Source: Escherichia coli
GTDB lineage: Bacteria > Pseudomonadota > Gammaproteobacteria > Enterobacterales > Enterobacteriaceae
Reading direction: 5' to 3' (one strand)
DNA length: 64,000 bases
Assembly: GCF_003334405.1 (NCBI RefSeq)
Contig: NZ_QOWM01000011.1
The notes below the pieces were generated by a model. It did no database searches and was not told the DNA's origin. It was given only the letters and a program-made list of their open reading frames with translations. Positions 46,475 through 56,880 of the stretch are shown here, one piece after another; positions within the stretch are counted from its first letter, which is position 1, and each line of letters begins with the position of its first letter. The position numbers were made by a program, and so were the translations under genes.

Positions 46475-46870
46475 ATCCAACTCCTTTATCTTCTGCGTTA
46501 AGAACGCATGGATACCCGTTGTGAGTGTTTGTGTTGTTATCGTCTGCAACTTTATTGTGCAGTGTTGTGCCTGTTAGGTAACATTTAGTTTGGCTAAATG
46601 TAAAGATATTGCTGTTTTATTGTTTGTTTTTGCGAGATGCGCCGCACCATTCCGAAGCAAAATTCTTAAAATGCACTCTTTTAGTGCTACCGCTGGATTA
46701 CTGTGGTGCAACTAGGTTGTACTGATGCTGATTCAGGGTTTGCCTTGTATAACAAAGCAATAGATGTGCCAAAGTTGGATAGGAGAATATTGTTATCCGG
46801 ATAATGCACTGATGCCGCATCCGGTGAGCGTGCCGAAATATGGGATGTATTCCGGCACGATAAGAAGGGA

Positions 46871-48409
46871 TTATTTACGTCGCTGACGCAGACTCATCAA
46901 CACAGCAGCAAAACCAAACAATGCCGTCAGCACCCACAGCGGCCAGTTGCCGGTACGTGCGTATGGTGTGAGTCCGGTGGTCGGCGTCACGTTAGTGGTT
47001 AACACCTCGCGGGTGAACTGCGGGATCATCGCCTGAATCTCACCCTGCGGGCCAATCACCGCCGTAATGCCGTTGTTGGTGCTGCGCAACAGTGGGCGCG
47101 CCAGCTCCAGCGCACGCATTCGCGCCATCTGGAAGTGTTGCCATGGACCAATAGATTTACCAAACCACGCATCGTTGGAGATAGTCAGCAGATAGTCGGT
47201 ATCCGGGCGGAAGTTATCGCGCACTTGCTCGCCGAGAATGATCTCGTAGCAAATAGCCGCAGTAAGCTCAATACCATTTGCCGACAGCGGCGGCTGGATA
47301 TATGGCCCACGGCTGAACGACGACATCGGCAGATCAAAGAACGGTGCTAACGGACGCAGAATCGACTCCAGCGGGACAAACTCGCCAAACGGCACCAGAT
47401 GGTTTTTGTTATAGCGATCGGCTGATTCGTAGCTGTACGGCGCACCTTTACCCAGCGTGATGATGGTGTTGTAGGTATCGTAGCGGTTCTGCTTATTGAG
47501 ACGCGCGTCGACAATCCCGGTTACCAGCGAGCTACCTTTATCACGCAACTCACCGTCCAGTGCTTTGAGGAACGGTTGCTGATTAATTTCCAGATCGGTT
47601 ATCGCCGACTCCGGCCAGATAATCAACGATGATTTGCCCATCAGCGGTGCCGTTGCGTTGTAGTAAATCTTCAGCGTATTAAGAAGCTGGCCTTCGTCCC
47701 ATTTCAGCGATTGCGGAATATCGCCCTGAACCATCGAAACCTGAATGGTTTTCTCCGGTTGTGGGGTAAACCACTGGATGTAACGCAGCGGGAAGGGAAG
47801 GGCAAACAGCACGACGGCCACCACCAGCGGACGCCAGTTGCGTTTGACCAACGCCAGTGCCAGCAGGCCACTAACCATCATCAGCAGGAAGTTAATGGCT
47901 TCCACGCCCATTATCGGTGCCAGCCCTTTTAACGGGCCATCAATCTGGCTATAGCCGAACTGTAACCACGGGAAGCCGGTCAGTACCCAACCGCGCAGAA
48001 ACTCGGTCACTTGCCAGAGGGCAGGGGCGGCAATCGCTACGCGCAGCCAGGTGGTTTTCGGCCACAGACGCGACAGCACGCCAGCAAACAGTCCGGTATA
48101 CAGCGACAAATACGCCGCCAGCAGCACCACCAGGAAGATGTTAACCGGGCCAGGCATTCCGCCAAAGGTCGCGATGCTGACATAGACCCAGTTAATACCG
48201 CTGCCAAAGAGGCCAAATCCCCAGCAAAAGCCAATAGCGGCAGACTGGAGTGGACGGCGGTTAAAGGTCAACGCCTGAAGCCCCATCAGCGAAATAATCG
48301 CCGCAGGCCAGACGTCGTAAGGAGAGAAGGCCAGCGTTCCGCAGGCACCGAATAATAACGCCAGCAGCAGGCGAATGCGCTGGCGTTCAATTAATGAGGC
48401 AAAAGCCAT
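46871..48409 (-). CDS. lnt: Apolipoprotein N-acyltransferase
   Basis: 512-aa ORF with N-terminal transmembrane helices and a CN-hydrolase domain. Confidence 0.95.
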   Translation of the reverse strand: MAFASLIERQRIRLLLALLFGACGTLAFSPYDVWPAAIISLMGLQALTFNRRPLQSAAIGFCWGFGLFGSGINWVYVSIATFGGMPGPVNIFLVVLLAAYLSLYTGLFAGVLSRLWPKTTWLRVAIAAPALWQVTEFLRGWVLTGFPWLQFGYSQIDGPLKGLAPIMGVEAINFLLMMVSGLLALALVKRNWRPLVVAVVLFALPFPLRYIQWFTPQPEKTIQVSMVQGDIPQSLKWDEGQLLNTLKIYYNATAPLMGKSSLIIWPESAITDLEINQQPFLKALDGELRDKGSSLVTGIVDARLNKQNRYDTYNTIITLGKGAPYSYESADRYNKNHLVPFGEFVPLESILRPLAPFFDLPMSSFSRGPYIQPPLSANGIELTAAICYEIILGEQVRDNFRPDTDYLLTISNDAWFGKSIGPWQHFQMARMRALELARPLLRSTNNGITAVIGPQGEIQAMIPQFTREVLTTNVTPTTGLTPYARTGNWPLWVLTALFGFAAVLMSLRQRRK

Positions 48410-48433
48410 GTAGTTATCTATCCAGTTTCGGTT

Positions 48434-49312
48434 TTATTCATCCAGCTTCGGCTGGGGTGAGTCATCCGGGATTTTGACATGAACCTGAATAATACGCCGA
48501 CTGTCGGCCATCGCCACTTTGAACTGGTAACCGTCGATGTCGATAGTTTCGCCACGCGCCGGAAGATGCCCAAATGCCTGCATCACCAGACCACCGATAG
48601 TGTCGACTTCTTCATCGCTAAAGTGGGTGCCGAACGCTTCGTTGAAGTCTTCAATGGAAGCCAGTGCGCGTACGGTCCAGGTATGACGACTCAGCTGACG
48701 GAAGTCGATATCATCTTCTTCGTCATACTCGTCTTCAATCTCACCAACAATCAGTTCCAGGATGTCTTCAATGGTCACCAGACCGGAAACCCCACCGAAT
48801 TCGTCAATAACGATCGCCATGTGGTAACGCTGAGAGCGAAACTCTTTCAGCATCCGGTCTACGCGCTTACTTTCAGGAACGACAACCGCCTGACGTAACA
48901 CTTTGTCCATGCTGAAGGCTTCAGCATCGCTGCGCATAAACGGCAGCAAGTCTTTCGCCATCAGAATCCCTTCAATGTGATCTTTGTCTTCGCTAATCAC
49001 CGGGAAACGTGAGTGGGCGGACTCGATGATGACATCAAGACATTCGTCCAGCGTCTGGTTGCGTTTCAGGGTAATCATCTGGGAGCGGGGGATCATGATG
49101 TCGCGAACGCGTTGGTCTGCGATGTCCATCACCCCTTCGAGCATATCGCGCGTATCTTCGTCGATAAGGTCGTTCTGCCCGGAATCACGGATCAGCGCCA
49201 GCAGTTCGTCACGGTTTTTCGGTTCACCGTGGAAAAGTTGGCTGAGTAACAGGGAGAAAAATCCCTTCTTGTTGCTTATCGTGTCACTACTGTGTGAATT
49301 GTCGTCGCTCAT
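48434..49312 (-). CDS. corC: CorC/YbeX-family protein (CBS pair and transporter-associated domain)
   Basis: 292-aa ORF recognised as CorC; ybeZ-ybeY-corC-lnt context. Confidence 0.9.
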   Translation of the reverse strand: MSDDNSHSSDTISNKKGFFSLLLSQLFHGEPKNRDELLALIRDSGQNDLIDEDTRDMLEGVMDIADQRVRDIMIPRSQMITLKRNQTLDECLDVIIESAHSRFPVISEDKDHIEGILMAKDLLPFMRSDAEAFSMDKVLRQAVVVPESKRVDRMLKEFRSQRYHMAIVIDEFGGVSGLVTIEDILELIVGEIEDEYDEEDDIDFRQLSRHTWTVRALASIEDFNEAFGTHFSDEEVDTIGGLVMQAFGHLPARGETIDIDGYQFKVAMADSRRIIQVHVKIPDDSPQPKLDE

Positions 49313-49401
49313 GGCGTCGTATGGGTTCTCATGTTAGTTAATCAAAACGCCGTCGTTAATCACCAACGGCGGGGACGTCTGCCAGTCAAATGCCTGGCAA
49401 A

Positions 49402-49869
49402 TTATTCTTTCTCGGCAATGTACGGATCCTCATAGCCCAGAGCAAGCATAATCTCTGTTTCGAGGGCTTCCATTTCTTCTGCTTCGTCATCTTCGATGTG
49501 ATCGTAACCTAACAAATGCAGACTGCCGTGCACCACCATATGCGCCCAGTGCGCCTCCAGTGGTTTGCCTTGCTCCTGAGCTTCCTTCTCAACCACCTGA
49601 CGGCAGATAACCAGATCGCCCAGTAGCGACATTTCCATGCCAGGCGGCACTTCAAACGGGAAGGAGAGCACGTTGGTCGGCTTATCCTTACCGCGATAGG
49701 TCAGATTCAGACTGTGGCTTTCGGCGGTATCGACCACGCGAATCGTCACTTCCGATTCTTCCTGAAACTGCGGGATCACCGCATTCAGCCATGTCTGAAA
49801 CTGGCTCTCTTCCGGTAACCCGGAATTATCTTCACATGCCAGTTGTAAATCGAGGATCACCTGACTCAT
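49402..49869 (-). CDS. ybeY: Endoribonuclease YbeY (rRNA maturation factor)
   Basis: 155-aa ORF with the zinc motif [11 protein letters not shown]. Confidence 0.95.
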
Positions 49870-50906
49870 TTTTGTTCCTGTTCTTCGCGCTTGCGTTCTG
49901 CTGCCAGCGCCGCTTTTCGTTTTTGTTCGGCTTCTTCCCAGGCTTCATAGGCGTTAACGATACGCGCCACCACAGGGTGACGAACCACGTCTTCGCTGTG
50001 GAAGAAGTTAAAGCTGATCTCTTCGACATCGGCCAGCACTTCGATGGCGTGACGTAAGCCTGATTTAGTATTACGCGGCAGGTCGATCTGTGTGACGTCG
50101 CCGGTGATAACCGCTTTTGAGTTAAAACCGATACGGGTCAGGAACATCTTCATCTGTTCGATGGTGGTGTTCTGGCTCTCATCGAGAATGATAAACGCGT
50201 CGTTCAGCGTACGACCACGCATATAGGCCAGCGGTGCGACTTCAATAACGTTGCGCTCAATCAGTTTCTCGACTTTCTCAAAGCCCAGCATTTCAAACAG
50301 CGCGTCGTACAGCGGGCGCAGATACGGGTCTACTTTCTGGCTTAAATCGCCAGGCAGGAAGCCCAGTTTCTCACCGGCTTCTACTGCCGGACGAGTCAGC
50401 AGAATACGGCGAATTTCCTGACGCTCCAGGGCATCAACTGCCGCAGCCACTGCCAGGTAGGTTTTACCCGTACCCGCCGGGCCAACGCCGAAGGTAATGT
50501 CATGGTCGAGAATATTGGCGATGTACTGCGCTTGGTTTGGCGTGCGCGGCTTAATTACGCCGCGTTTGGTTTTGATATTGACCGCTTTGCCGTACTCCGG
50601 CACGCTCTCCGCGCTTTGCTCCAGTACCCGCGCTTCTTTAATCGCAAGGTGGATCTGTTCCGGTTCGATATCCTGAATCTGACCGCGCATCGGGGCAGTA
50701 TCGACATACAGGCTACGCAGAATGTCTGCCGCAGCGGTGACGCAAATCGGACGGCCGGTCAGTTTAAAGTGGTTATCGCGGCGATTGATCTCGATGCCGA
50801 GACGGCGTTCGAGCTGCTTGATGTTGTCATCAAACGGGCCGCACAGGCTCAACAGACGCGCATTGTCTGCTGGCTCCAGGGTGATTTCGCGAGTGTCTAT
50901 GTTCAA
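49866..50906 (-). CDS. ybeZ: PhoH-like ATPase
   Basis: Walker [12 protein letters not shown] track starts at ATG 50945, but a TTG at 50906 is preceded by AAGAGGA at about 7 nt and gives 346 aa. Confidence 0.8.
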
Positions 50907-51058
50907 ACCGTTCCTCTTATCTGTATGCCGCCGGAAGCTGAACATTCACCGGCCTATAAGGAAATTATTCACGCCACAGGAAAAAGGCGCAAGCATTGCA
51001 ATAAAGATGGGGATAAAGAGAGAAAAAACAAGGCCCACCGGAACGGCAGGCCTGAGAA

Positions 51059-52483
51059 TTACGGCTGATAATAACCCACGCCAAGGTCGTTTTCTTTGCG
51101 GGTACGGGCAATCACTGATTCCGGTGTTTCTGCCACGCGCAGACCCATTTCATCTTCAGTACGCACCACTTTACCGCGCAGAGAGTTCGGGTAGACGTCG
51201 GTAATTTCTACATCGACGAATTTACCGATCATATCCGGCGTGCCTTCGAAGTTGACCACGCGGTTATTTTCCGTACGCCCGGAAAGCTCCATGATGCTCT
51301 TACGCGATGTACCTTCTACCAGAATACGCTGGGTGGTGCCGAGCATCCGGCGGCTCCACGCCATCGCTTGCTGATTAATGCGCTCTTGCAGAATATACAG
51401 ACGCTGCTTCTTCTCTTCTTCCGGAACATCATCAACCATATCGGCGGCTGGTGTACCCGGACGTGCAGAGAAGATAAAGCTGTAGCTCATGTCGAAATTG
51501 ACGTCGGCAATCAGCTTCATCGTTTTCTCGAAGTCTTCGGTGGTTTCGCCAGGGAAGCCAACGATGAAATCAGAACTGATCTGAATATCTGGACGCGCCG
51601 CACGCAGTTTACGGATGATCGCTTTGTACTCCAGCGCCGTATGGGTACGGCCCATCAGGTTCAGAATGCGATCGGAACCGCTCTGTACCGGCAGATGCAG
51701 GAAGCTCACCAGCTCCGGCGTGTCGCGATACACTTCGATGATATCGTCGGTGAATTCGATCGGATGGCTGGTGGTAAAGCGAATACGATCGATCCCGTCG
51801 ATCGCAGCAACCAGACGCAGCAGATCGGCAAACGATCCGGTGGTGCCGTCGTAGTTTTCACCACGCCAGGCGTTCACGTTCTGACCGAGCAGGTTGACTT
51901 CACGCACGCCCTGAGCCGCAAGCTGGGCAATCTCAAACAGAATATCGTCGGACGGACGGCTTACCTCTTCACCACGGGTGTAAGGCACCACGCAGTAGGT
52001 GCAATATTTATTGCAGCCTTCCATGATGGAGACAAACGCGGTCGGCCCTTCGGCGCGCGGTTCCGGTAGACGGTCAAACTTCTCGATTTCCGGGAAGCTG
52101 ATATCTACAACCGGGCTGCGGTCGCCACGCACGGAGTTGATCATCTCCGGCAGACGGTGCAGCGTTTGCGGCCCAAAAATAATATCGACATAGTGGGCGC
52201 GCTGGCGAATGTGCTCGCCTTCTTGCGATGCCACGCAGCCACCGACGCCGATAATCAGGTCTGGATTCTTCTCTTTTAACAGTTTCCAGCGACCCAACTG
52301 ATGGAAGACTTTTTCCTGAGCCTTCTCGCGGATTGAGCAGGTGTTCAGCAGCAGCACATCCGCTTCTTCCGCCACGTCGGTCAGTTGATAGCCGTGGGTG
52401 GCATCCAGCAGATCGGCCATCTTCGATGAATCGTACTCGTTCATCTGACAGCCCCAGGTTTTAATATGGAGTTTTTTGGTCAT
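51059..52483 (-). CDS. miaB: tRNA-i6A37 methylthiotransferase (radical SAM)
   Basis: 474-aa ORF with the radical-SAM motif CNKYCTYC and a C-terminal TRAM domain. Confidence 0.95.
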
Positions 52484-52628
52484 CGACTTGCTCTTGCGAA
52501 ATAGTAGCCAGGAATGCAGGGCGCATAGTGTAATGCTTTGCTGCCGTTGTGACCAGTATGAGCGTTATCAGCCCTTAGGGGTAAAAATCCTGTAAACTTA
52601 AAGCATATTGCTAACAGGATGATTGACC

Positions 52629-53804
52629 ATGACAAATCAACCAACGGAAATTGCCATTGTCGGCGGAGGAATGGTCGGCGGCGCACTGGCGCTGGGGCTG
52701 GCACAGCACGGATTTGCGGTAACGGTGATCGAGCACGCAGAACCAGCGCCGTTTGTCGCTGATAGCCAACCGGACGTGCGGATCTCGGCGATCAGCGCGG
52801 CTTCGGTATCATTGCTTAAAGGGTTAGGGGTCTGGGATGCAGTACAGGCTATGCGTTGCCATCCTTACCGCAGACTGGAAACGTGGGAGTGGGAAACGGC
52901 GCATGTGGTGTTTGACGCCGCTGAACTTAAGCTACCGCTGCTTGGCTATATGGTGGAAAACACTGTCCTGCAACAGGCGTTGTGGCAGGCGCTGGAAGCG
53001 CATCCGAAAGTAACGTTACGTGTGCCAGGCTCGCTGATTGCGCTGCATCGCCATGATGATCTTCAGGAGCTGGAGCTGAAAGGCGGTGAAGTGATTCGCG
53101 CGAAGCTGGTGATTGGTGCCGACGGCGCAAATTCGCAGGTGCGGCAGATGGCGGGAATTGGCGTTCATGCATGGCAGTATGCGCAGTCGTGCATGTTGAT
53201 TAGCGTCCAGTGCGAGAACGATCCCGGCGACAGCACCTGGCAGCAATTTACTCCGGACGGACCGCGTGCGTTTCTGCCGTTGTTTGATAACTGGGCATCG
53301 CTGGTGTGGTATGACTCTCCGGCGCGTATTCGCCAGTTGCAGAATATGAATATGGCACAGCTCCAGGCGGAAATCGCGAAGCATTTCCCGTCGCGTCTGG
53401 GTTACGTTACACCGCTTGCCGCTGGTGCGTTTCCGCTGACGCGTCGCCATGCGTTGCAGTACGTGCAGCCAGGGCTTGCGCTGGTGGGCGATGCCGCGCA
53501 TACCATCCATCCGCTGGCGGGGCAGGGAGTGAATCTTGGTTATCGTGATGTCGATGCCCTGATTGATGTTCTGGTCAACGCCCGCAGCTACGGCGAAGCG
53601 TGGGCCAGTTATCCTGTCCTCAAGCGTTACCAGATGCGGCGCATGGCGGATAACTTCATTATGCAAAGCGGTATGGATCTGTTTTATGCCGGATTCAGCA
53701 ATAATCTGCCACCACTGCGTTTTATGCGTAATCTCGGGTTAATGGCGGCGGAGCGTGCTGGCGTGTTGAAACGTCAGGCGCTGAAATATGCGTTAGGGTT
53801 GTAG
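52629..53804 (+). CDS. ubiF: FAD-dependent ubiquinone-biosynthesis hydroxylase
   Basis: ORF 52623..53804 (TTG in the track); ATG at 52629 gives MTNQPTEIAIVGGGMVGG with an FAD-binding GxGxxG (391 aa). Confidence 0.9.
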   Translation: MTNQPTEIAIVGGGMVGGALALGLAQHGFAVTVIEHAEPAPFVADSQPDVRISAISAASVSLLKGLGVWDAVQAMRCHPYRRLETWEWETAHVVFDAAELKLPLLGYMVENTVLQQALWQALEAHPKVTLRVPGSLIALHRHDDLQELELKGGEVIRAKLVIGADGANSQVRQMAGIGVHAWQYAQSCMLISVQCENDPGDSTWQQFTPDGPRAFLPLFDNWASLVWYDSPARIRQLQNMNMAQLQAEIAKHFPSRLGYVTPLAAGAFPLTRRHALQYVQPGLALVGDAAHTIHPLAGQGVNLGYRDVDALIDVLVNARSYGEAWASYPVLKRYQMRRMADNFIMQSGMDLFYAGFSNNLPPLRFMRNLGLMAAERAGVLKRQALKYALGL

Positions 53805-53814
53805 CCTTACAACA

Positions 53815-53900
53815 TTGCCGGATGCGTGCCAACCGTAGGTCGGATAAGACGCGGCAGCGTCGCATCCGACATTGAAGGATAAGACGTGTCAACATCGCAT
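53815..53900. repeat. REP/BIME palindromic elements downstream of ubiF
   Basis: tgccggatgcg...taggtcggataagacgcg...cgtcgcatccgacatt match REP-type palindromes. Confidence 0.6.
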
Positions 53901-53925
53901 TCGACATTGAATGAACGCAGAAAAG

Positions 53926-53953
53926 CAAAAAGCTCGCCGAAGCGAGCTTTTTT
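53926..53953. terminator. Bidirectional rho-independent terminator between ubiF and the tRNA operon
   Basis: aaaaagctcgccgaagcgagctttttt: 7-bp stem, GNRA-like loop, flanking A- and T-runs. Confidence 0.8.
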
Positions 53954-53957
53954 AATG

Positions 53958-54032
53958 TGGCTGGGGTACGAGGATTCGAACCTCGGAATGCCGGAATCAG
54001 AATCCGGTGCCTTACCGCTTGGCGATACCCCA
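53958..54032 (-). tRNA. glnV: tRNA-Gln (anticodon CUG)
   Basis: 75-nt reverse complement matches the tRNA-Gln cloverleaf with anticodon loop TTCTGAT and 3' CCA; could equally be called glnX. Confidence 0.9.
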
Positions 54033-54079
54033 ACAAATTGGTTTTGAATTTGCCGAACATATTCGACACATTCAGAATT

Positions 54080-54156
54080 TGGTGGCTACGACGGGATTCG
54101 AACCTGTGACCCCATCATTATGAGTGATGTGCTCTAACCAACTGAGCTACGTAGCC
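54080..54156 (-). tRNA. metU: tRNA-Met elongator (anticodon CAU)
   Basis: 77-nt reverse complement GGCTACGTAGCTCAGTTGG...CCA with anticodon loop CTCATAA. Confidence 0.9.
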
Positions 54157-54171
54157 AGATTGTTTCTTCGA

Positions 54172-54246
54172 TGGCTGGGGTACCTGGATTCGAACCAGGG
54201 AATGCCGGTATCAAAAACCGGTGCCTTACCGCTTGGCGATACCCCA
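54172..54246 (-). tRNA. glnW: tRNA-Gln (anticodon UUG)
   Basis: 75-nt tRNA-Gln with anticodon loop TTTTGAT; could equally be called glnU. Confidence 0.9.
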
Positions 54247-54269
54247 TCCGTACAACGCTTTCTGGTGAA

Positions 54270-54354
54270 TGGTGCGGGAGGCGAGACTTGAACTCGCACA
54301 CCTTGCGGCGCCAGAACCTAAATCTGGTGCGTCTACCAATTTCGCCACTCCCGC
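54270..54354 (-). tRNA. leuW: tRNA-Leu (anticodon UAG)
   Basis: 85-nt reverse complement GCGGGAGTGGCGAAATTGG...CCA with a long variable arm and anticodon TAG. Confidence 0.9.
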
Positions 54355-54363
54355 AAAAAAAGA

Positions 54364-54440
54364 TGGTGGCTACGACGGGATTCGAACCTGTGACCCCATC
54401 ATTATGAGTGATGTGCTCTAACCAACTGAGCTACGTAGCC
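54364..54440 (-). tRNA. metT: tRNA-Met elongator (anticodon CAU)
   Basis: 77-nt copy of the same tRNA-Met as 54080..54156. Confidence 0.9.
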
Positions 54441-54480
54441 ATCTTTTTTTTCGCGATACCTTATCGGCGTTGCGGGGCGC

Positions 54481-54509
54481 ATTATGCGTATAGAGCCTTG
54501 CAGCGTCAA
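54481..54509 (-). promoter_or_regulatory. Putative sigma70 stable-RNA promoter of the tRNA operon
   Basis: On the minus strand: TTGACG, 17-nt spacer, CATAAT, then the GC-rich discriminator GCGCCCCGC, about 40 nt upstream of the first tRNA. Confidence 0.55.
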
Positions 54510-54819
54510 CCTCTTTTTCAAGGAAAATTGCTCGAAAGTGACTGTTTGGTTAGGTTGCGAACAGCGTGGCGCTATATTCGTCAATTATTGTTTACTTTGT
54601 GTTTTTTCCCACCCTACAGCCATTCTTTTGTCATACAGGATGAAATTCGGAATTTAACAATAGTGGTGGGAAATTAATCTATGAAATACTGGCCTACAGT
54701 GATGAGTTGTCAAACAGTGATGTGGCAAACCCGGAACATTTCCTTACTGCATATCAGAATCAACAAGCACCTCAATAACTGAAACAGCCCCGGATTTCAC
54801 CGGGGCTGTTTCGCATTTC

Positions 54820-56484
54820 TTACTTATACGCCGACTGGTGAACACCAACCGCGCGACCAGACGGATCGTCCATTTTCTTGAACGCTTCATCCCATTCGAT
54901 CGCTTTAGCGGAAGAACAAGCGACGGAAGGACCGCCCGGCACGCACTCAGCGGCGCTCGGAAGCGGGAATAGTTCTTCAAAGATCTCCCGATACAAGTAC
55001 GCTTCTTTAGAGGTTGGCGTGTTGTACGGGAAGCGGAAGCGGGCAGTTTCCAGTTGCTGATCAGAAACCTGCTGCGCAGCCACTTCTTTCAGGGTGTCGA
55101 TCCAACTGTAACCGACGCCATCGGAGAACTGCTCTTTCTGCCGCCAGGCCACGCTTGCAGGCAGATACGCTTCAAAACATTCACGCAGGATGTGTTTTTC
55201 CATTTTGCCGTTACCGCACATTTTATCCTGTGGGTTAATACGCATCGCCACATCAAGGAATTTTTTGTCGAGGAACGGAACGCGTGCTTCCACGCCCCAG
55301 GCTGACATCGCTTTGTTGGCACGCGCGCAGTCATACATATGCAGGGCCAGCAGTTTACGCACCGTCTCTTCATGCAGTTCTTTGGCATTCGGTGCTTTGT
55401 GGAAGTAAAGATAACCGCCGAACACTTCATCAGAACCTTCACCGGACAGCACCATTTTAATGCCCATCGCCTTGATCTTACGCGACATTAAATACATCGG
55501 TGTTGAAGCGCGAATAGTGGTCACATCATAAGTTTCGATGTGGTAAATCACGTCGCGGATGGCATCCAGACCTTCCTGTACAGTGAAGTGAATTTCGTGA
55601 TGCACCGTGCCCAGATGGTTTGCCACTTCCTGGGCTGCTTTCAGATCCGGTGAACCCGGCAGACCTACAGCAAAGGAGTGTAACTGCGGCCACCAGGCTT
55701 CAGAGCGTTCCTGATCTTCCACGCGACGGGCTGCGTATTTCTTGGTGATAGCGGAAATAATTGAGGAATCCAGACCACCAGAAAGCAGCACACCGTAAGG
55801 CACATCAGACATCAGATGGCTTTTAACTGAATCTTCCAGTGCCTGACGCAGCTCGTTTTTGTCGGTCACGTTATCTTTCACCGCATCGTAGTCGAACCAG
55901 TCGCGATGATAGTAAGAACGGATTTCGCCGTCCTGGCTCCACAAATAGCTCCCCGCCGGGAACTCTTTAATCGTGCGGCAAACTGGCACCAGCGCTTTCA
56001 TTTCTGAGGCCACATACAGCTGACCGTGTTCGTCATACCCCATATACAGTGGGATGATCCCCAGATGGTCGCGACCAATCAGGTAGGCATCTTTTTCGCT
56101 GTCGTACAGTGCAAAGGCAAACATGCCCTGCAAGTCGTCGAGAAATTCCGGCCCTTTTTCCTGATACAGCGCGAGGATCACTTCACAGTCAGACCCGGTC
56201 TGGAACTGGTAACGATCGCCATATTCGGCGCGCAATGCCTGGTGGTTGTAGATTTCACCGTTTACCGCCAGTACGTGGGTTTTTTGTTGGTTGTAGAGAG
56301 GTTGCGCCCCCGCGTTAACGTCAACAATTGACAGACGTTCGTGGGCGAGAATGGCGTTATCGCTGGCATAAATACCGGACCAGTCCGGGCCACGATGACG
56401 CATCAGGCGTGACAGCTCGAGGGCTTTCTTACGCAGCTCAACTGCGTCTGTTTTGATATCGAATACGCCAAAAATTGAACACAT
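54820..56484 (-). CDS. asnB: Asparagine synthetase B (glutamine-hydrolysing)
   Basis: ORF 54820..56565; start at MCSIFGVFDI (554 aa) with N-terminal Cys nucleophile and PP-loop SGGLDSS. Confidence 0.95.
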   Translation of the reverse strand: MCSIFGVFDIKTDAVELRKKALELSRLMRHRGPDWSGIYASDNAILAHERLSIVDVNAGAQPLYNQQKTHVLAVNGEIYNHQALRAEYGDRYQFQTGSDCEVILALYQEKGPEFLDDLQGMFAFALYDSEKDAYLIGRDHLGIIPLYMGYDEHGQLYVASEMKALVPVCRTIKEFPAGSYLWSQDGEIRSYYHRDWFDYDAVKDNVTDKNELRQALEDSVKSHLMSDVPYGVLLSGGLDSSIISAITKKYAARRVEDQERSEAWWPQLHSFAVGLPGSPDLKAAQEVANHLGTVHHEIHFTVQEGLDAIRDVIYHIETYDVTTIRASTPMYLMSRKIKAMGIKMVLSGEGSDEVFGGYLYFHKAPNAKELHEETVRKLLALHMYDCARANKAMSAWGVEARVPFLDKKFLDVAMRINPQDKMCGNGKMEKHILRECFEAYLPASVAWRQKEQFSDGVGYSWIDTLKEVAAQQVSDQQLETARFRFPYNTPTSKEAYLYREIFEELFPLPSAAECVPGGPSVACSSAKAIEWDEAFKKMDDPSGRAVGVHQSAYK

Positions 56485-56730
56485 AACCTTCTCCGTTAAC
56501 CTGGTATTTGTTGCTTGTTGTGTTTGCTTGTTTAAAAAAATGCCGCAAAGCAGCACTGTGCGCAAGCGATTTGGCGGTGAAAAAATAAAAAACGTAATGG
56601 TGATTGTCGATTGGTGAAAAAAGGTCTGGTGTGAGGATATATTTATTGATGAATCGATAATTTTTAGCGGGTTTTATTGAATGTTTATATTTTACGGGGG
56701 CCAAATTGCTGACAAAGTGCGATTTGTTCA

Positions 56731-56830
56731 TGCCGGATGCGGCGTGAACGCCTTATCCGGCCTACAAAAGCATGAAAATTCAATATATTGCAGGAGCTGC
56801 GTAGGCCTGATAAGCGTAGCGCATCAGGCA
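56731..56830. repeat. REP/BIME cluster between asnB and umpH
   Basis: tgccggatgcggcgtgaacgccttatccggcctac and gtaggcctgataagcgtagcgcatcaggc match REP consensus palindromes. Confidence 0.65.
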
Positions 56831-56880
56831 GTTTGGCGTTTGTCATCAGAGCCAACCACGTCCGCAGACGTGGTTGCTAT

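Noticed and set aside
46475-46870. Possible sigma54 (-24/-12) promoter upstream of gltI
   Set aside because: Candidate GG and GC elements (for example TGGTGCGGCGCATCTCGCA on the minus strand) do not have the required 10-nt spacing, so no convincing TGGCAC-N5-TTGCA match was found.
56853-56876. Hairpin aaccacgtc...acgtggtt just downstream of umpH as an intrinsic terminator
   Set aside because: It is an 8-bp stem but has no U-tract on either strand, so it is not called as a rho-independent terminator; it may be part of the adjacent REP cluster.
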